The position numbers were made by a program, and so were the translations under genes. DNA of 63,787 nucleotides, counting the filler, from Perkinsus chesapeaki ATCC PRA-425 (taxonomy: Eukaryota; Protista; Perkinsozoa), in NCBI GenBank assembly GCA_013115145.1. It is 9 parts of 9 records of this genome, joined end to end, with 100 filler letters (N's around TTAATTAATTAA, not from the genome) between each part and the next. Parts side by side here need not be neighbours in the genome. Positions count along the whole stretch, not along the records: positions 1 to 24,238 come from JAAPAO010000547.1; 8 more parts are not named here. One strand, written 5' to 3'. Below, piece by piece: positions 1 through 19,034 of this stretch (its first letter is position 1; each line of letters begins with the position of its first letter). The notes under the pieces were generated by a model, which made no database searches, was not told where the DNA came from, and worked only from the letters and a program-made list of their open reading frames with translations.

Positions 1-403
1 ATTTTCGTTTGAACCTATTCCACATACTGAGTTAAATTTTCGGGGCACTTTGAATTTTGGCCACACCGTGCGAGCGTCACAAAGTACAGGAACGGAGAAG
101 CGGTTGAGAGACGAGAAGATAATAGAAACTAAAAGAATATTACTGAAAGAAAGATATCTATAGTATCCCTATGTTAGTTAGTGCACGCTTTCGTGTCTCA
201 AAATCTTCGTGACCATTCCTACTAGAGTCTCTTCAATTAATCGTTGGGGACAGCGAATTTGAAGAATTGCTAATTGGAGAATTTTCAAAATCATGGGGAT
301 CCGTGTTTCCTTATGAGAATCTTTTCCGTCATTTTCTTTATCTCGACAAACCAAGAGGGGGAGATGTAGTCGGGAGGACCATCGGTGGGTTGAGAGTAAA
401 TGA

Positions 404-2534
404 ATGACATGCATTCATCGAGTAACACCGTCACTGTGGAGTAAAGTTATTATCAGGTACGTAGAGCCAGTTAAGCGGATAACAGGGCCGAAGGAGTTGG
501 CTGATTTTATAGAGAATTCTCCTGTAATAACGATACAGGAAGTTCTGCCACACCGTCGGCAGAACTGGATCACCATTGTGAAGTCTAACTTATCACTTGT
601 ATATTAATTGATGTTTTATATTCTTCATTTCAGGCCTATAAAGATATCGTCGCATTCCTCGAAAGGCTTTGTACAGCAGTACAAGGGAAGAAGAACTTGG
701 ACGTAATACAACTACAGTAGCTTATCATACCGTATTTTCCCCAGATAATCGATTACTCATCAGCAGCACCATCGTCAGTTGAGGGCATTATGAATCTGTT
801 GGATATCCTCGAGTCTTGGTTGGATGATTTACCGCCATCGGACCAACCCATGAGATTTGGAAATTTAGCATTCAGGTCATCATTTTCGGGCATAATATTG
901 ATTCATTTCTATCTTTCGTTCTCTCCACTCCTGAGAATTTGCTTCAAGATTGAATCCGGCTCGAAAAGTCATCGTGAATTCCAAGCATTTCTGGAACTTT
1001 CCGGGAAATATTTTTAAAAAATGATTTTTCCAACATTTCCAACATACGATCTCTCGTAGAGTTTTTGTATCAGGTCATGGCATGCCCGACTGGTTGAGCA
1101 ACTTCCCCAATTGCTGCAAAACTTACTGCGTCCGGAACTATATCCAGCAATAATAGAACTTACGCCGTACATGTGAGCAACAGGATGGCGGAGAAATTTC
1201 GGGAAATCTTTCCAGAAAAAGTGCAAAAAAATTCGCTCAGGTTGGTCGTCAAAATTTTACCTGTGAATTTACGGATCTTCGGAGAGCTTGAAGAATTTCA
1301 AGCCATTTTTGGAGTGAAATTGTGTAGCTTTTCGAGGGTATGTTTTCGATCAGTTTGGATTCCTTCGGCAATGCAACACGTATTGATTATGGGACTGGTC
1401 ACGAGACAGCTTTTATGGCATTCCTGATGGTAAAAATGTAAAACATTAATCGCTTCGCTTCGCTTCCCTTTCAGGTTCTGATTGCTGTGGGCCATTTCGA
1501 TGATTGTGCAGTTATCGAAGATGACGGGAATGTTGAGGAAGATATTCTTGGACAAGAAATCGGTCTTAGGATTTTCCCGAGGTGAGGGGAAATATATGGG
1601 GAAAACTCAGAAATTTTCTCGAGAATATTTTTTGAAACCTTTCTGAGCAAAAAAAGTTGCGTAACTCCGAGGCAACTGTACTCCCACGCACGCTAGTTTT
1701 GCCTCCATTTTTTGTGATATTTTTCTCAGAATTTTCCGAAATTTTTCGGGTAGATACATCGCATTGATGCGTCATATACAAAAACAGTACATGTTGGAGC
1801 CAGCAGGGTCACATGGCGTTTGGGGATTGGATGATTATCATCATATGTAAGAAGAAAGGAGTCTTTTCAATTCTTCACAGTGCGAAAGATACGCCTCTTT
1901 AGTCCCTTCCTTCTGGGGGCGTGTCAGTTGGTTGGATCGAATGAGACAGATTTTGAAGGAAAACCATTAACACCGGAGAGGGTTGTGCGAAACAGGTAAA
2001 GATACAAAATAGGTCACCTTGAGGTCCATTTGATCGATTTACATTTTCCTCGAAATTCCAGCGATTCAGTACACCAAAAAACAGTGGCAAATTGTTCCGT
2101 CCAAAAATCTAACGCTTCGATCAGGTCAGTCGCTGAGTCCATTCGTTCATGGTCGATGTTTGGCGAGGCTGTGTCTTTCGTATACGAAACAAAGGTAACA
2201 AAAATTTTGGGAAAGTTTCGGAAATTTCTGCTCTTTTTCAGACCGGCGCACCATTGGCAGAAACATCGCCGATGCTTTGGGAGATATCGAGAATTGATAG
2301 TTGGGAAAGGGTGAGTTGTTGCACGCATGCGCAAAGATATCTCTACGCACTGCGAAGAATTCTTATTCAATGTCAAGGTTGCGAAGGGATTACTGCGAAT
2401 GTACCATGGAGAAGTTTTGGGTAAAAAGCCCGTTATTCAGGTGGGAAAAAAACTAAAATTTTTCGGGAATTTTTTTTCAGCATTTCTATTTCGGCTCTGT
2501 TCTTAAGTTCGATAAGCCTGATTCCAACCTTTGA
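404..2534 (+). CDS. PTPA: Phosphotyrosyl phosphatase activator (PP2A activator), multi-exon; 5' end uncertain
   Basis: Spliced exons give [97 protein letters not shown] and [10 protein letters not shown]. Stop TGA at 2532-2534. These are hallmark PTPA/RRD motifs. Confidence 0.92.
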
Positions 2535-2638
2535 AGAGTCTTCCGGATGCGTAAGATACCATCTTTAATAACATTTCTTCTTTTTGATATTTACCTTGTG
2601 TTAATATTTCCGAAAATTTTCCCATTTTTCCGCAGTAA

Positions 2639-4486
2639 ATGTCCGGATCTGGTCCTCCGCCATTTAATGGAAATCTTAGCGGAGCGAAGCTCGACGGTTC
2701 CAGTCTGATTTCATCAGCATCATCAGCAACAACTCGACGAACGCTCGGCCAGCCTCACCCAGCAAAGAGGATGCGCCCAGGCAGTTCCTTCGGGAAAGCT
2801 ACTTCAACCAAAATCGATCGTCGGGGCGAGCGCGGTTGGTTTCGCATTGAAGCGAAATTAGCTAAATTGTGGTGGTTTCAGATTCATCGGTGGAATCTTG
2901 TGGTTGGCGAGAAGGTTCCCCTTTGGATTCTTCCATATCGACTTCACCATTGATTTCCTTTAACGTCGGCGGAAGAATCTTTCAAATTACCAAGAGCACG
3001 CTCGACAAGTATCCCTCCACTGTTCTGGCCGGTAATCGATCATTTGGGCGCGCGTTTTCACATGGCCGTTAGTTACTGTATCAGACAGATGGACTAATGG
3101 TGAGGTTTGTGGGCCGATCTTCCTTGATAGGAATCCAGATGCATTTGGGTTCATATTAGATTGGTAAGAAAAATAATTTTTTGGAAGTGTTTGCGGTATT
3201 CGGTTTAGTTCGACTCATGTTTGTGAACCCGTTTTATTTGCTTATTGAGGCATTAGTTTGATATTCATTTTTCCCTGAAATTTTGCGGATTTTTTCCCCA
3301 TTTAACCATTTGTATTATCAGATTTCGACTCGAATTTGACAAGTCTAAAATTTCCTGGATTTTTAAATGCTCCTGGAAATATTTTCTGTTTTTCCCTTCC
3401 CTCATTTTTACAGGTATAGAAATGGTCGTATAGTCCTCCCAAGACATTGCCCAGTTAGCAAAGCCGCTGTTGAGATGGAAATCGAGTAAATAAGAGAAAA
3501 CTGTATTCGTGAAACGCTTCGCTCCGCCAGATATTTCGGTTTGCCATCTGATACCGACGTTGAGCTTGAAAGGCTATCTTTTGCGGAGGTTACCCATGCA
3601 AGATACGATGTAGCTCGGGTGTTCCAAAAGATACGTCAGAGCTGCTCTAATGACGAAATGAGAGGACAACGGGCGAAGCTGCTGGCTCAAGTGATAATCT
3701 TGCTAATCTTGCCGAACCTTACATTTCCTCAATGCTTAGGGTATCTTCAGCGAAATGGCTCAGAACGCAGTAGAGATCATCAATGAAGATGATTCCTGGT
3801 TCACTCAGATCTATGTGGCCCTCGCTCGGGTGCTCGGTTTTCGAAATCGTTGAAAATTAGCTAAATTGTGGCGCAGGTTGCGGAGCATTGGGGACAGGAC
3901 CTTTATTCGGTTTTTCGCCGACTTTGTCGAGATGCTTTAGAAGTCCCAAACAGAACTATATCGGCTGCGCTGGAAGAGGTATCTTGAAAGATTCAAAATA
4001 GGTCAGCTTGAATGCCTCAGGTGACCTCCACGATCAAAGACACTCTCGATGAGCTCGTCAACGAGCACGATCTTCAGGTATCGAGTATCGAAGTTGAAGT
4101 AAGAAACGAAAAAGAAAAATCGCTTCGCTCCGTTAAAATATATTAAGATACTAAATGCTCCGAATGATGAGGACCAAAGTGAAGCTGAAGATTCCACAGG
4201 ACGTTCTCAGAATTTCGATCCAGCTGATCGAGGGAAATGTGTCGGTTGCGGCGAGACTGTAGGTTGTTATGAAATCGATCAACTGGGCGAGCGCTTTTTA
4301 TGTTGACAGAGCGTCCGCAATCGATCGGGGTTGTGTCGAATATGCAATATGGAATTGCATGTGTTGTTTACATTCTTACCAGAAGAAGAGGTGGATGAGG
4401 ACAGTGCCGGTAGCGTTGAGGAAATGCAAGATGGAGCAAGATTGCAAGATAGTGAATCTGATGAGGAGCATATGGAGGATTTATAA
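2639..4486 (+). CDS. BTB/POZ (T1/KCTD-type) domain protein with acidic C-terminus, multi-exon
   Basis: ISFNVGGRIFQITKSTLDKYPSTVLA, PIFLDRNPDAFGFILDW, YRNGRIVLP and YFGLP match the T1-type BTB pattern. Last exon reads LCRICNMELH...DEEHMEDL, stop TAA at 4484-4486. Confidence 0.8.
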
Positions 4487-4665
4487 TTACGCATGGTTGT
4501 CGATTCTTTGTAATTGGTTCGTATAATATGTGTTGTAAACTTTTCGGCGGAGTGAAGCACGATGTTGACCAATTCTGATTTTCGGAATCGGTTTAATATC
4601 ATTTACTGGTAATGGAGTCTCACATGGTAGATGATGTAGTGGAGTTTGAATGAGTTGTGGTAAGC

Positions 4666-4737
4666 GGCTGTGTGGTCTAGTGGTATGATTCTCGCTTTGG
4701 GTGCGAGAGGTCCCGAGTTCGATTCTCGGCTCAGCCC
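4666..4737 (+). tRNA. tRNA-Pro(UGG)
   Basis: 72-nt cloverleaf GGCTGTG...CTCAGCC. D-arm TGGTCTAGTGGTATGA, anticodon arm CTCGC-TTTGGGT-GCGAG, T-loop GTTCGATT. Confidence 0.96.
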
Positions 4738-5091
4738 TTTCAATGGGTATTTTTTCATGGAAATCTATGTAAAATTATTCCGGAATTGTAAGCCGATAAT
4801 TCAATAACTATCATTTCTTCCCAAAACAGCCTCACAGTTGCCCAAGTGATTGCCATCATTCATTGCCGATCATGCCTCATACCCGCTGGTCTGAGTTATA
4901 TAATTTACACCCACGGTAGGCCCTACCCTCTAGTTTGACAAGACCGATATACGCCGATGATTTCCTCGTAAAAATTGATTTGAAATTTATGCAACCAACT
5001 TTCACCATAAACTGACTGTGGCTGTTTGGAAACGTGAAAATGGTTATTCGGCAAAAGATTCTTCTAAGCTCGGGTTGGTGTTCTCCCAAAT

Positions 5092-11988
<6,897 letters not shown>

Positions 11989-12149
11989 GTTGACGTATCT
12001 TTCTCTTTATACCTTCAAATGTTGTTTTGGTTGTTAATGTAGTTTTCTCATCACAGTAGCATTTACACATACTTCAAAGCCAGAGCTGGTACACATACGT
12101 AAAATGAATGATATGATGCTTAATGTTCAAATAACTGGTAACATTAGGC

Positions 12150-14100
12150 AACACGGCCAAGGGTCTGCACTCAGAGCATTTAGCGGTTCAGTGAATACCG
12201 CAATAATGGCCTATCACACTTATCCAACAATAAGATCCTCTTTGAGGGACTAAGCTTCATCAGGAGGTCAATCTGCCATTACTTCCTTACCAAAAAGCAA
12301 TCACAGAAATGTCATTCATCATCCAACTCAATCTCCTCACAAATCGAAGGCTGAAAAACTCGTTTTAAGACTGATAATTGGTTCGTGAAGATTGTGACTG
12401 GGTCATGAAGAGAAAAAATGACCCAACGTGTTTGGACAACCAATTATTAGATTTCTCCTCTCAAGAACATCTGCATCACTTGCAGCATTCCTGTTGGTTG
12501 ATTTTGGACTAACATATGGCCTGCGTTGTTAACCTGTCAACAATACCTATTGAATCTATCACACCTCATCATACCTTAATATAGGTGAAAGTTGCCTTGT
12601 TTGGGAATTTGCCAGATTTCATCATTCCAAACACCTCACTCCCAACCTAATAATTCTCAATTGCCTATGATACCACCACACCTACCTTGATCGGTTCATC
12701 CTTGGCAGCAGCAAGGACAGCTCCATATTGAGCTGATCGACCACTCAGTCTCGTCATCCACCCTAAAGCTCCACCGGCATTGGTAGTGTAATCTTGGTCA
12801 CCGGCTATCACAAGAACCTAAATGCTTTGTGGTGTTATAAACTCTAAACTGGATTGTTACTTTTATTCCGTTGTCGAGGGCATTTGTCACACTAAAGGTT
12901 GTGTTATATGACGCATACTTCACAAGAGCTGCGAAGACCTGAAAATAAACACCAGTCAACATTCTGTATCCCCCTGACCTCTACCTACGTCTTGGTTCAG
13001 CTCAACCCACTTTTTCGAGACTCCAAGTTGTCTTTGAATATTGGGGAGGTTAAGGAAAGTCCCAGGCTACCGAAGAGGTTACAAAAACAGTTTGATGATG
13101 CGAGTCTCACATTTCCAGGACGTGTCTTAAAGTATTTGCTTTCCTCTCCTGGTTTCACTCTCAAGTCATATCTAATAAACTCATCTTCTATTTATCATAA
13201 CAGTTACCATACATGCTGTGCCCGGCATCTTCTACAAAAGGTACTGTGGCGGAGTTACAAACCTCGGTGGCCTTTTGGCAAGCATCTAAAAGGAATCAAT
13301 CTGCCGAGTTATCTGATATCTTTATGTACCCGGATTTGGCTCTCCTCCTGCGGTTGCTGGTTGGCAACTTTGAACTGCGGCCTTACACTTGGAAAATAAC
13401 TGCACCATTTTTTGCAACCTAATTTCCCACTTTTCCTCGGTATTGTGGATCATGCTTACGCTGCAGCCGATACAAGTCGTCTTTTGCCAGCCATTTCGAT
13501 CGACCCGCGGTATCTACCAAAAATAAAAGTAAATATCATTCTTCAGAGATGATTACATATTCAATGGCCCCATCATTCCTGACATAATGAGGATTCCTTT
13601 CACGTTAATCGCTGCTCTTGAATCAATTATTTGCATAAGCATGCTTACCGAAGAAGCTGATAGATAGTATGATTCGACGGTAACATAAGCCTACCATCAG
13701 CCGAAGCTCCCATAAGGTAGATTTCTGTGTTAAGACTTGGCCGTTCTTTTAGGATCTCAGTGAAAGCTAGAAACCTTGATGATGAATGCTTCCAACAACC
13801 GTTCTAATATCTTCTTACAAGTCATTCACCCAATTAGTCACAGTCGTCTCAGTTGGTCCTGCGCTAAAGCCAGTATTGCCAGGGGCATCAATCCATATCC
13901 CATTTGCAGTCCTAGTCCACGAGAATCTGAAAACATTCGAAGGTATCAAATTGCAAATGCTCATAGCGTACGGGTTGGCCTGCAATGTTTTCCCATCTGA
14001 TTTCAAAGTGCAAGGGCCGATGTCGGTTACTATAGTACCGATGCTACTCTGTCCAGGCCCACCAGGAAGGTACAGAAATGTCGGTGCTTTCTCGGGGCTC
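12150..14100 (-). mobile_element. Heavily decayed LTR-retrotransposon pol remnant (integrase and possible RNase H traces)
   Basis: Minus-strand frames with many stops show integrase-like fragments (SIWSCPCCCQ, GIVDRLT, FW*GSNGRL) and a possible decayed DAS motif (YLMGASADG). Boundaries approximate. Confidence 0.35.
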
Positions 14101-15391
14101 TGATCTGCTTCTATAGTAGCATAAAAATATCTGCCAGAATGCCTTGTGTTATAACAGTGAAGCTTATACCTACTTATTGGTTCCGGTCACCTGCTTATAA
14201 CCGAAGTATTGCTTTCCAACACTACTTGGACAGAACACCCCAGAACCATTCACGCTGGCATACAACAGGGCAAAACCGACGACAGCAGCAGCAGCAGTCT
14301 TGAAGAACATTTTTACTTCGGCTGACAGTATACCTATCAAACCGACATCTCACACATGCATTTAATGAATGCTTGTTTACGTGTTGCTTGCTCCAAAAGC
14401 AAGCAACTGGTGAACAGGAGGAACAATGCTCATCGTTTATAGGAACGAATACAACGCAAGAAGGAGATCAATAAAGGCTCCTTCGCGCACGAAAATTAAC
14501 TGTTCGCGAATGCACAATGGAGCGGGCGGCGGCGCACTATGATTAACATTATGACAAACACTTGGCGATGATCGGCGAAGAAGACAAGTGGAACTCCCTG
14601 CCAATTAGTGTAGTTACTACACTGTAGTAGTCCAGTGTTTGCGTCGACCGCCATAGGCTCTACAGTCAAGGAACTTGACGTCATTTTCTACCAGTCAATA
14701 CATCTTTCAGCTGAGCGCCATGTTCCGGATCCTGGATTCCACAATCAACCTCACAAGGTAAGGATGCCCCTCAGTTGGAATGACATGTCAATCTTTGATG
14801 AAATCATACTTATTGTTATTGTCAACTCTACATTGTTAGTGACATGATACATTCAGTGAATTATCTCCATGGGAAGCCACGTCCGATAGTTTGTACTCCT
14901 TGTGTGGATACATAATTTGTGTTGCTGAGTGACAGAAAGTAGCACGCATCGCTGTGCCGATGAAGCGACATAACGGTTGAGAGTGCTACTGTATAGCGGT
15001 ACGATATAGAGTGTGTCATGATGACACTGTCATCTTAGCCATCTTGCTCATTGATTCCCCTCTTTTTGGGGAAGTTAGAGGCTTCCTGTTGACCATCAAG
15101 TTCGGCGAGTGCGCGATGCTAAAATTGATGCCATGGCGCAGCTTCTTCTGTGTGGAGCCAATCGCACTAGCCGGAAATGGTTACCGTCTTTTTCGAATTA
15201 ACATGTTAATGAAGGTAAAATCGATCATTAGCGACGTTAAACTCCACCAAGTAGGGTCACAAAGTGGCCGTCTTCCTGAACTTTGCACTGGGCTCGCATG
15301 TGTCCCGTCTCCTGTGAGCGAGTCCTTAATCTTGTGTCCAAATCTTGTGTCGCGAGTCCTTAGCTAAAAAGTGCCTCAATGAGACTAGACT

Positions 15392-16986
15392 GTGGACCAC
15401 ACTATCATTGTTAGACGTAATGTTGTGGACCCTCTGATTGAAGGGGAAGTTATCGATGAGGGTATCAAGGAACCGTTGGTAGAAGTGGCAAAGCTACCTT
15501 CCAAGCTCAAGGAAATAATAAAGGCAAAGTCCAACACTCATTCAGCGCTAGAACTTTCAGCTTGTCTAGCGAGCTTGTATTAACGGGTATGAAGGACCAC
15601 TTTCACCCCAAACCTATTAACTCTCCTATCATTGTCCAATCAGACAACGATGGGGCAGTCAAGATCATCCGAAGGATGTTCAGCCGTCAACCTCCTTTAA
15701 GGTGGCTCTTGAGGCATGCAGCCCACTTTTTGCCACCACTAGCGCCATACTTATCGGTACACCACATAAGTTGGTCTGGAAATATCCTAGCTGACTGTCT
15801 CTCTAGAGGCCACGTTGATAAATTCACGAATGATTGGGCAGAGGCCCCCCCCCCCTTTTGAATGGTTAGGCCTCGCTTGATCTGCTGCAGTCAATTTAAT
15901 TCTAATACTTCTCTTCTTTTAGGTTTGTTGTGTGAGTCTCCTCGTAAGCGTAAAAGCGCTAAAGTATCACAACATGTGAAGCCGACGGGCAAGGCCTTCG
16001 CGGAATTTCTCGACCGGTCTCTTGCCGTCAGTACTCAGGCTAATTATTAGAGTATCACGTAGATCTACGAGAAGTTCGTCTCACCTGAACATGCATTTCC
16101 GCTCAAGATTGAGCATTTGCAGAAGTTTATCTGCACTATGACAGAAACAACTGAAGGAAAGCAGGATTATAAATACTCTTCAGTTAAGACCTACATCAAA
16201 GCTTTGAGGTCTCGTAATGCTTCCTCTGGCTTCTCCCTTGTCGGCTCTGCTGAACATGGGCTGAAAGCTGCTCTACATCCCGCAGAGCGAGCCCTTGGCC
16301 CCGAAGCCGAGGACAGAAAGATCCCAGAAAGTCTTCACGGAGTGAAAGGACTGAGCTCCTTAGGCATGGTTCCTGGCTTAAAGACAGATCTAAGATCTCT
16401 GCAAGTTGCTAGCTTGTGTGCCATTATCGGTTCATTCCGCACTCGTGAGACACTGAAACTACTCAGAGAAGATATTGATGTGAAACCCGGGTCATTATCA
16501 CTATCTGACAGTCGAAGAATGATCAAATGGCAGTGGGGCGCAGCATAAAAATATGCTGTGCGGGCTGTATCCCATCTTTGCCACCACTACCATATTGTGC
16601 ATTCCACCGCCTTGCTAATAATTAGCAGCTAATTGAATAGCCACTAGTCTATTTAATGATCAAGATCTACTATTCCCAAACCAAAGCGACTCTGGCTGGT
16701 TGGAAGGTTCAAGGATTGCTTTGCAATTCCTCAAAGGGTCTGCCAATCTTATCAGTGGGGTACGCATTCCCTCCGGACAACCGGAGCTTGCCTTCTATGG
16801 CGAGCAGGATATAACGACCTCTTCATTGAGCAATATGGTCGATGGACCTCCTACTATGAACGGTACTCGGACAATGCCACTGAGGAATACACCCATTTAT
16901 ACGCTGCCAGTATGGTCAGTGAAGAATCACCAAGGGCGATTAAAGGACCGCAATGGTGTTGGATCCCGTCTACCACTTCGATATAA
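15392..16986 (+). mobile_element. DIRS-type (tyrosine recombinase) retrotransposon remnant: RNase H plus YR, with in-frame stops; no RT seen
   Basis: RNase H motifs SALELSACLASL, VQSDNDGAVKII and HHISWSGNILADCLSR (15392-15861). YR motifs SFRTRETLKL, HSLRTTGACLLWRAG and YGRWTSYYERY follow. Stops at ~16048, ~16059 and 16546. Confidence 0.85.
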
Positions 16987-19034
16987 AAAATGCTAGGCGA
17001 AGCCCAGGTTTGTCTTAAGGAGTCGGGCCACGTTCCTTCACCGGAGTTGGAGTGTGCCCGAATTTCGAAACGGGCTCCGTCTCGGGCTCCCAAACGGCTA
17101 ACTTTACACTGTCGACCAGTCACCCTGGTTTAGTTCAGTGACTGTTTGCAGTTCTCAGCCATAGTCGCTTATCTGCCCTGTTTCGCTCTTGCTTGTGTGC
17201 AGTAGTGGGTTACTCCATATGACTCACACAGGCTTGGGCATCTCGGCACCGGTGTAACGTTCCCACACCACTCAGACGTAATACCTATATATACTTATCT
17301 AGTCTGGCGAAGCCGGTTTGTAGTCAATTAAAGTGGTCAAGAGTATAGTGAGGTTTTACCTATATTAGTTAACCGAACTGTCGGAACCCCGCATGTATCG
17401 GACAGTAGCTAGTCGCTGGCCACTGTGCCAAAGTGATTCATGCGTGAAGTGAGGATTTGTTATTCCTATGGTTCGTATTTAGTAGTATTATTGAGCCAGT
17501 TGAATGGAGCAGCTCAGCAGTCTCTGGGCTAACCTATTCCCGACTACTCAACAAGGAAATGATAAAACCAAGTCAGACTCGCCGGGAGTGATGACAACAG
17601 TTAAACGCGCATCTTCAAGATCGAGCACAGAGGGAATATTCAGGTGGCATCATACGCAAAAATGGCAGTTGACTGGGTTACTGGGGAAGATGTAGAAGAA
17701 AGCAGGAAAGCAGTGATGATAGCGTGATCGATGGTAGATAGCACGAGAGAAAAGAGAGAGAAAACAGAAGAGAGACGAAAGAAAACGAAAAGAAGAATCA
17801 CAGAAGGCAAAAAGGTTCGAGGTCAATTTCCTTTATTATGAAATTGAAGTCCTCAGAGCGTTGATAGAGGAAGAGGAAAAAATACAAAAAATGAAAAACG
17901 ATGCTCAAGCCAGGAGAGCGTTTGCGGCTCAGGTGGAAAACGAGCAAAAGATTGCTGTGAGCCAGCATTACACTGTAGTTGAATAAAAAGCGAGAGGAAA
18001 TAGAAGATGAGTTTTACTCGGGCATAAAGGGATTTTGGAGACGCAAAAGAGGGAAGGCAAGTTGGCTGTTGGATATGAAAGTTTGCCAAGTACGATCAGA
18101 AACCGCCTCAACTGAACGCCCTACCGACCATTGAACAATTAATGGAAAGAAGACGTGAGAAAATAGAAGCTGAGAGGAAGAAACAGAAACTCGCAAAAAA
18201 GAAGTCAATGCGAAGTCAGAACCTCGGTCAGCTCTGTGGTTTGAACATGTCCATTTCAGAGGGCAGAAGCAAAAGCGTTTTCCAAAATCTAACTACAAGT
18301 CTCGGCATATCATAATTGGCGACGTGTGTTGAGTTCATTAGTATTAGTATTCATTGGGGAGGAGCTCGAGAAGCGACTCCAAGTACTGTGTACATCAAAG
18401 AGTAATAGGATCCATCTTCGTGGGTTTGCCCCATGGTGCAACAGCCTATGGCCCGGATAACACACAAGGGGAGGACTACATCTCGGTGGCCGGCTACCAT
18501 TGGTGCACTGCTGCCTGGCCGACTTACTAGCCCATCCCTGGTACTAGTCAGTTGACCTGTCTACCTGTCCGACAATAAAAAAGGACAAACGGTCGGACTA
18601 CTGTGGGGACCATTCAATGACTACTTTCCATCCAACCATCTGTTAGTTGACGGATTGGCAGTTACGCGTCTTATACACCTTTCCAATACCAGCTAGTTTG
18701 ACCCAACTTATCATCATCTATCATAATCCTATCCGCATTGGTTGAGTTCACGCCTCGTTTATCACAAAACATATCAACGTAACCGCATGTATGTCACAAG
18801 GGGCTTCTTGCAGTTGCTTGGTATGGAAATATACGTTTCTTCTGGAGCTTTCTAGTCTTTAAATGGTGTAGAGCCTTCCACTTCGGGATTTCTAAAGCTG
18901 GCTGTATAACCATATAACCGTAGTTCGCGTTGTAATGTCTCACTGGTGTGAATATATGTCCTACGGTGTATTCACTCTTTTCAAACAAGATACAATTGTT
19001 AATGAATGCAAAGGAATTATGAAAAGAAATATCC

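Noticed and set aside
15034-15052. TAGCCATCTTGCTCA, resembling the perkinsid/dinoflagellate spliced leader; also CGTAGCCATCT near 57268
   Set aside because: Only short partial matches with no GT donor or SL RNA structure. The second lies inside retroelement coding sequence. Both are compatible with chance.
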